DNA from: Dicyema japonicum
Taxonomy: Eukaryota; Animalia; Dicyemida
DNA length: 64,000 nt
Direction: 5' to 3'
Assembly (NCBI GenBank): GCA_011109175.1
Contig: RDEW01000011.1
Location: 428,193-492,192, forward strand
Shown here: positions 63,136 through 64,000 of the stretch, piece by piece
How positions within the stretch are numbered: the stretch's first letter is position 1
How the letters are laid out: every line of letters begins with the position of its first letter
Program-made: the position numbers and the translations under genes
Notes under the pieces: model-generated
What the model saw: only the letters and a program-made list of their open reading frames with translations
Databases searched by the model: none
What the model was told of the DNA's origin: nothing

Positions 63136-64000
63136 TTAGTTTACCGAATGATAGATCTGGAAAAGATCGTCTTGTGATCTTTCGTCAGAATTATGTTCAG
63201 ATACATTTGGGGTAGGATAAAACGGAATTTTTATGGGAGATGCGACATTCGAAGAATTCACTTCAATTTGTGTCGGAGGTTTCTTAATGGGCCTTGGGGT
63301 TCCCATTATGGGTAAATTGGAAAACATTTTTAACTTACTCCCAATCGACTCCTTCGGGAAAGACTGTTTCGTATTCATAGACGATTCGGTCTTGTGAAAT
63401 GACGATTTATCAAGCTCAGAGTTAAATGCTGGAGTAGCTATTACTTTTTGTTTATTATTGATACTTTGAGTATTTGACGATTCCTCGCCCCAATTTAGAG
63501 TTCTTGATGGTATATTTTTTTGGTTTTCTGAAAATTTATCAGCTGAGCTTTAGGTTGTAAAATCTGATTTTCTGTTTTGATTGGCTGTTCATTTTCAAAA
63601 AAAAATTTAGCGTCAAAAGGATTCGGTTCTGGGATCTTTCTTCGTTTCGACAAGTTGTTCAATTTCACAAAATTTTTTAACCGTCAAAGGATTTAGTTGA
63701 ATAATGTTAGTCTCAGTTACTGGCTGTTTTAATTTCTGAAAAATTTGTAGTCTCCCAAGGATTTGACTGTGATAGTCTAGTTTCCGTCCCTGAAGATTGC
63801 TTAATTTCGGACAATTTTTTAACCTCCCATGGATTCGATTGCGATATTTCGGTTTTTTGTCTTGAAGGTTCTTTAATATCAGACAATTTTTGAGTATTAT
63901 ATGGAGTTGACTGTGATGGTATAATTTCTGTTCCTGAAATTTCTTATTTTCAAACATTTTTTTAGCATCCAATATATTTGTTCCACAAATTGTCACATTC
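63136..64000 (-). CDS. 3' part of an unidentified gene with a ~25-aa degenerate repeat; begins outside the window
   Basis: ORFs 63613-63996 and 63136-63378 with an open linker (one apparent indel near 63635); repeats NLQDKKPKYRNRIHGRL and NLQGRKLDYHSQILGRL. Confidence 0.5.

Overview
Eukaryotic, AT-rich animal genomic DNA. Short islands of compact genes lie in a dense, nested transposon graveyard. I spliced most genes by hand. Nearly all the roughly 40 introns I could delimit are 20-27 nt (GT-AG, plus two GC-AG). Together with the metazoan gene set, this suggests a highly reduced animal such as a dicyemid mesozoan (inference only; orthonectids or myxozoans are not excluded). Recognisable genes: GluN1-like NMDA receptor subunit (partial), a beta-1,3-galactosyltransferase-family gene, EXOSC2/RRP4, PSMB1, CEP164, Polo-like kinase, GTF2H4/TFB2, DYNLRB and HIRA, plus several unidentified genes. 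Mobile DNA: several CRE-clade retrotransposon copies, a BovB-like RTE, many APE-type LINE fragments, R4-like fragments, three SINE-like families, Buster-type hAT elements, pogo/Tigger remnants and rve-integrase remnants. Best leads: (1) an intron-containing glycosyltransferase gene inside a fragmented ~7 kb hAT element; (2) a CRE insertion at a gene's stop codon that carries ~47 bp of the neighbouring HIRA gene inside a 13-bp TSD; (3) a variant SYTAQLAGF gate motif in the NMDA receptor; (4) a host-type 26-nt intron in a transposase; (5) a degenerate 2A-like peptide upstream of a LINE endonuclease. Several essential genes show small indels, probably assembly consensus errors, so pseudogene calls here are uncertain. 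Boundaries of degenerate transposon fragments are approximate. No CRISPR array, rRNA or intact tRNA was seen.
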